64,000 nt of DNA, taken from NCBI GenBank assembly GCA_965237905.1, contig OZ250172.1, positions 2,848,001 to 2,912,000 on the forward strand, read 5' to 3'. A program made the translations under genes and the position numbers. The notes below the pieces were generated by a model. The model saw nothing but the letters and a program-made list of their open reading frames with translations, ran no database searches and was not told where the DNA came from. The stretch comes from Nitrospinaceae bacterium (GTDB lineage: Bacteria > Nitrospinota > Nitrospinia > Nitrospinales > Nitrospinaceae). This document shows, piece by piece, positions 63,810-64,000 of the stretch. The stretch's first letter is position 1. Every line of letters starts with the position of its first letter.

Positions 63810-64000
63810 CTATTGATTTAATTGATCAGAAGACTGGCGATTTTCAGCCGGCTTTAAGTTTTTCTCTAGCAGCCATTTGTTAAGTCCGATCCTGGCCAGT
63901 AATAACAAGCCACCAAAAAACAATGCCGGTAACCATACCCATATGAATTCAGACTGAAGAACACTGATCCCACGTTCGCCTATAAAATAAGAGACCCCTA
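63810..64000 (-). CDS. Partial CDS (C-terminus), probable YbcI/YdjM-like membrane metal-dependent hydrolase
   Basis: Open frame entering from the window edge: GVSYFIGERGISVLQSEFIWVWLP...NQ*. Confidence 0.65.
   Translation of the reverse strand, partial: GVSYFIGERGISVLQSEFIWVWLPALFFGGLLLLARIGLNKWLLEKNLKPAENRQSSDQLNQ

Overview
This is a 64-kb bacterial chromosomal segment. It probably comes from a Nitrospinota/Nitrospirota-like autotroph, inferred from an rTCA-type five-subunit 2-oxoacid:ferredoxin oxidoreductase delta subunit and the overall gene content; this was not checked by search. Housekeeping genes: gltBD, dnaK-grpE-dnaJ, pyrE, lptD, folC, dppDF-type ATPases, typA, glpE, csp and tRNA-Arg(CCT). 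They are mixed with signalling and motility genes: PilZ proteins, cheY/cheR/cheX, a motA/motB stator, a cNMP-PAS-GGDEF-EAL protein, several histidine kinases, an NtrC-family activator, a type IV pilin and a GAF-PilB ATPase. There is also a B12-radical SAM RiPP methyltransferase and a metal-uptake operon. The standout feature is a tandem array at about 40.0-44.7 kb of five ~0.9-kb units. Each unit is a complete mini transcription unit with a candidate enhancer, a sigma54 -24/-12 promoter, an RBS, a small secreted protein and an intrinsic terminator. The proteins share a conserved signal peptide, a variable (partly His-rich) core and a conserved C-terminal T-C-x-D-x-x-L-x-G-x-[YW]-P-x-C-F motif. 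The array sits between a convergent sigma54 activator and a PAS kinase, and the unit junctions carry decayed copies of those genes' 3' ends. Other notable items: a CruR/DUF2946-like CxxC...RSPP leader before the metal operon, an orphan PorD/ForD, a stator B subunit with a ~280-aa coiled-coil extension, a His-to-Asp pseudokinase, a PilB with a Walker B Glu-to-Lys change, and an aromatic-rich pilin.
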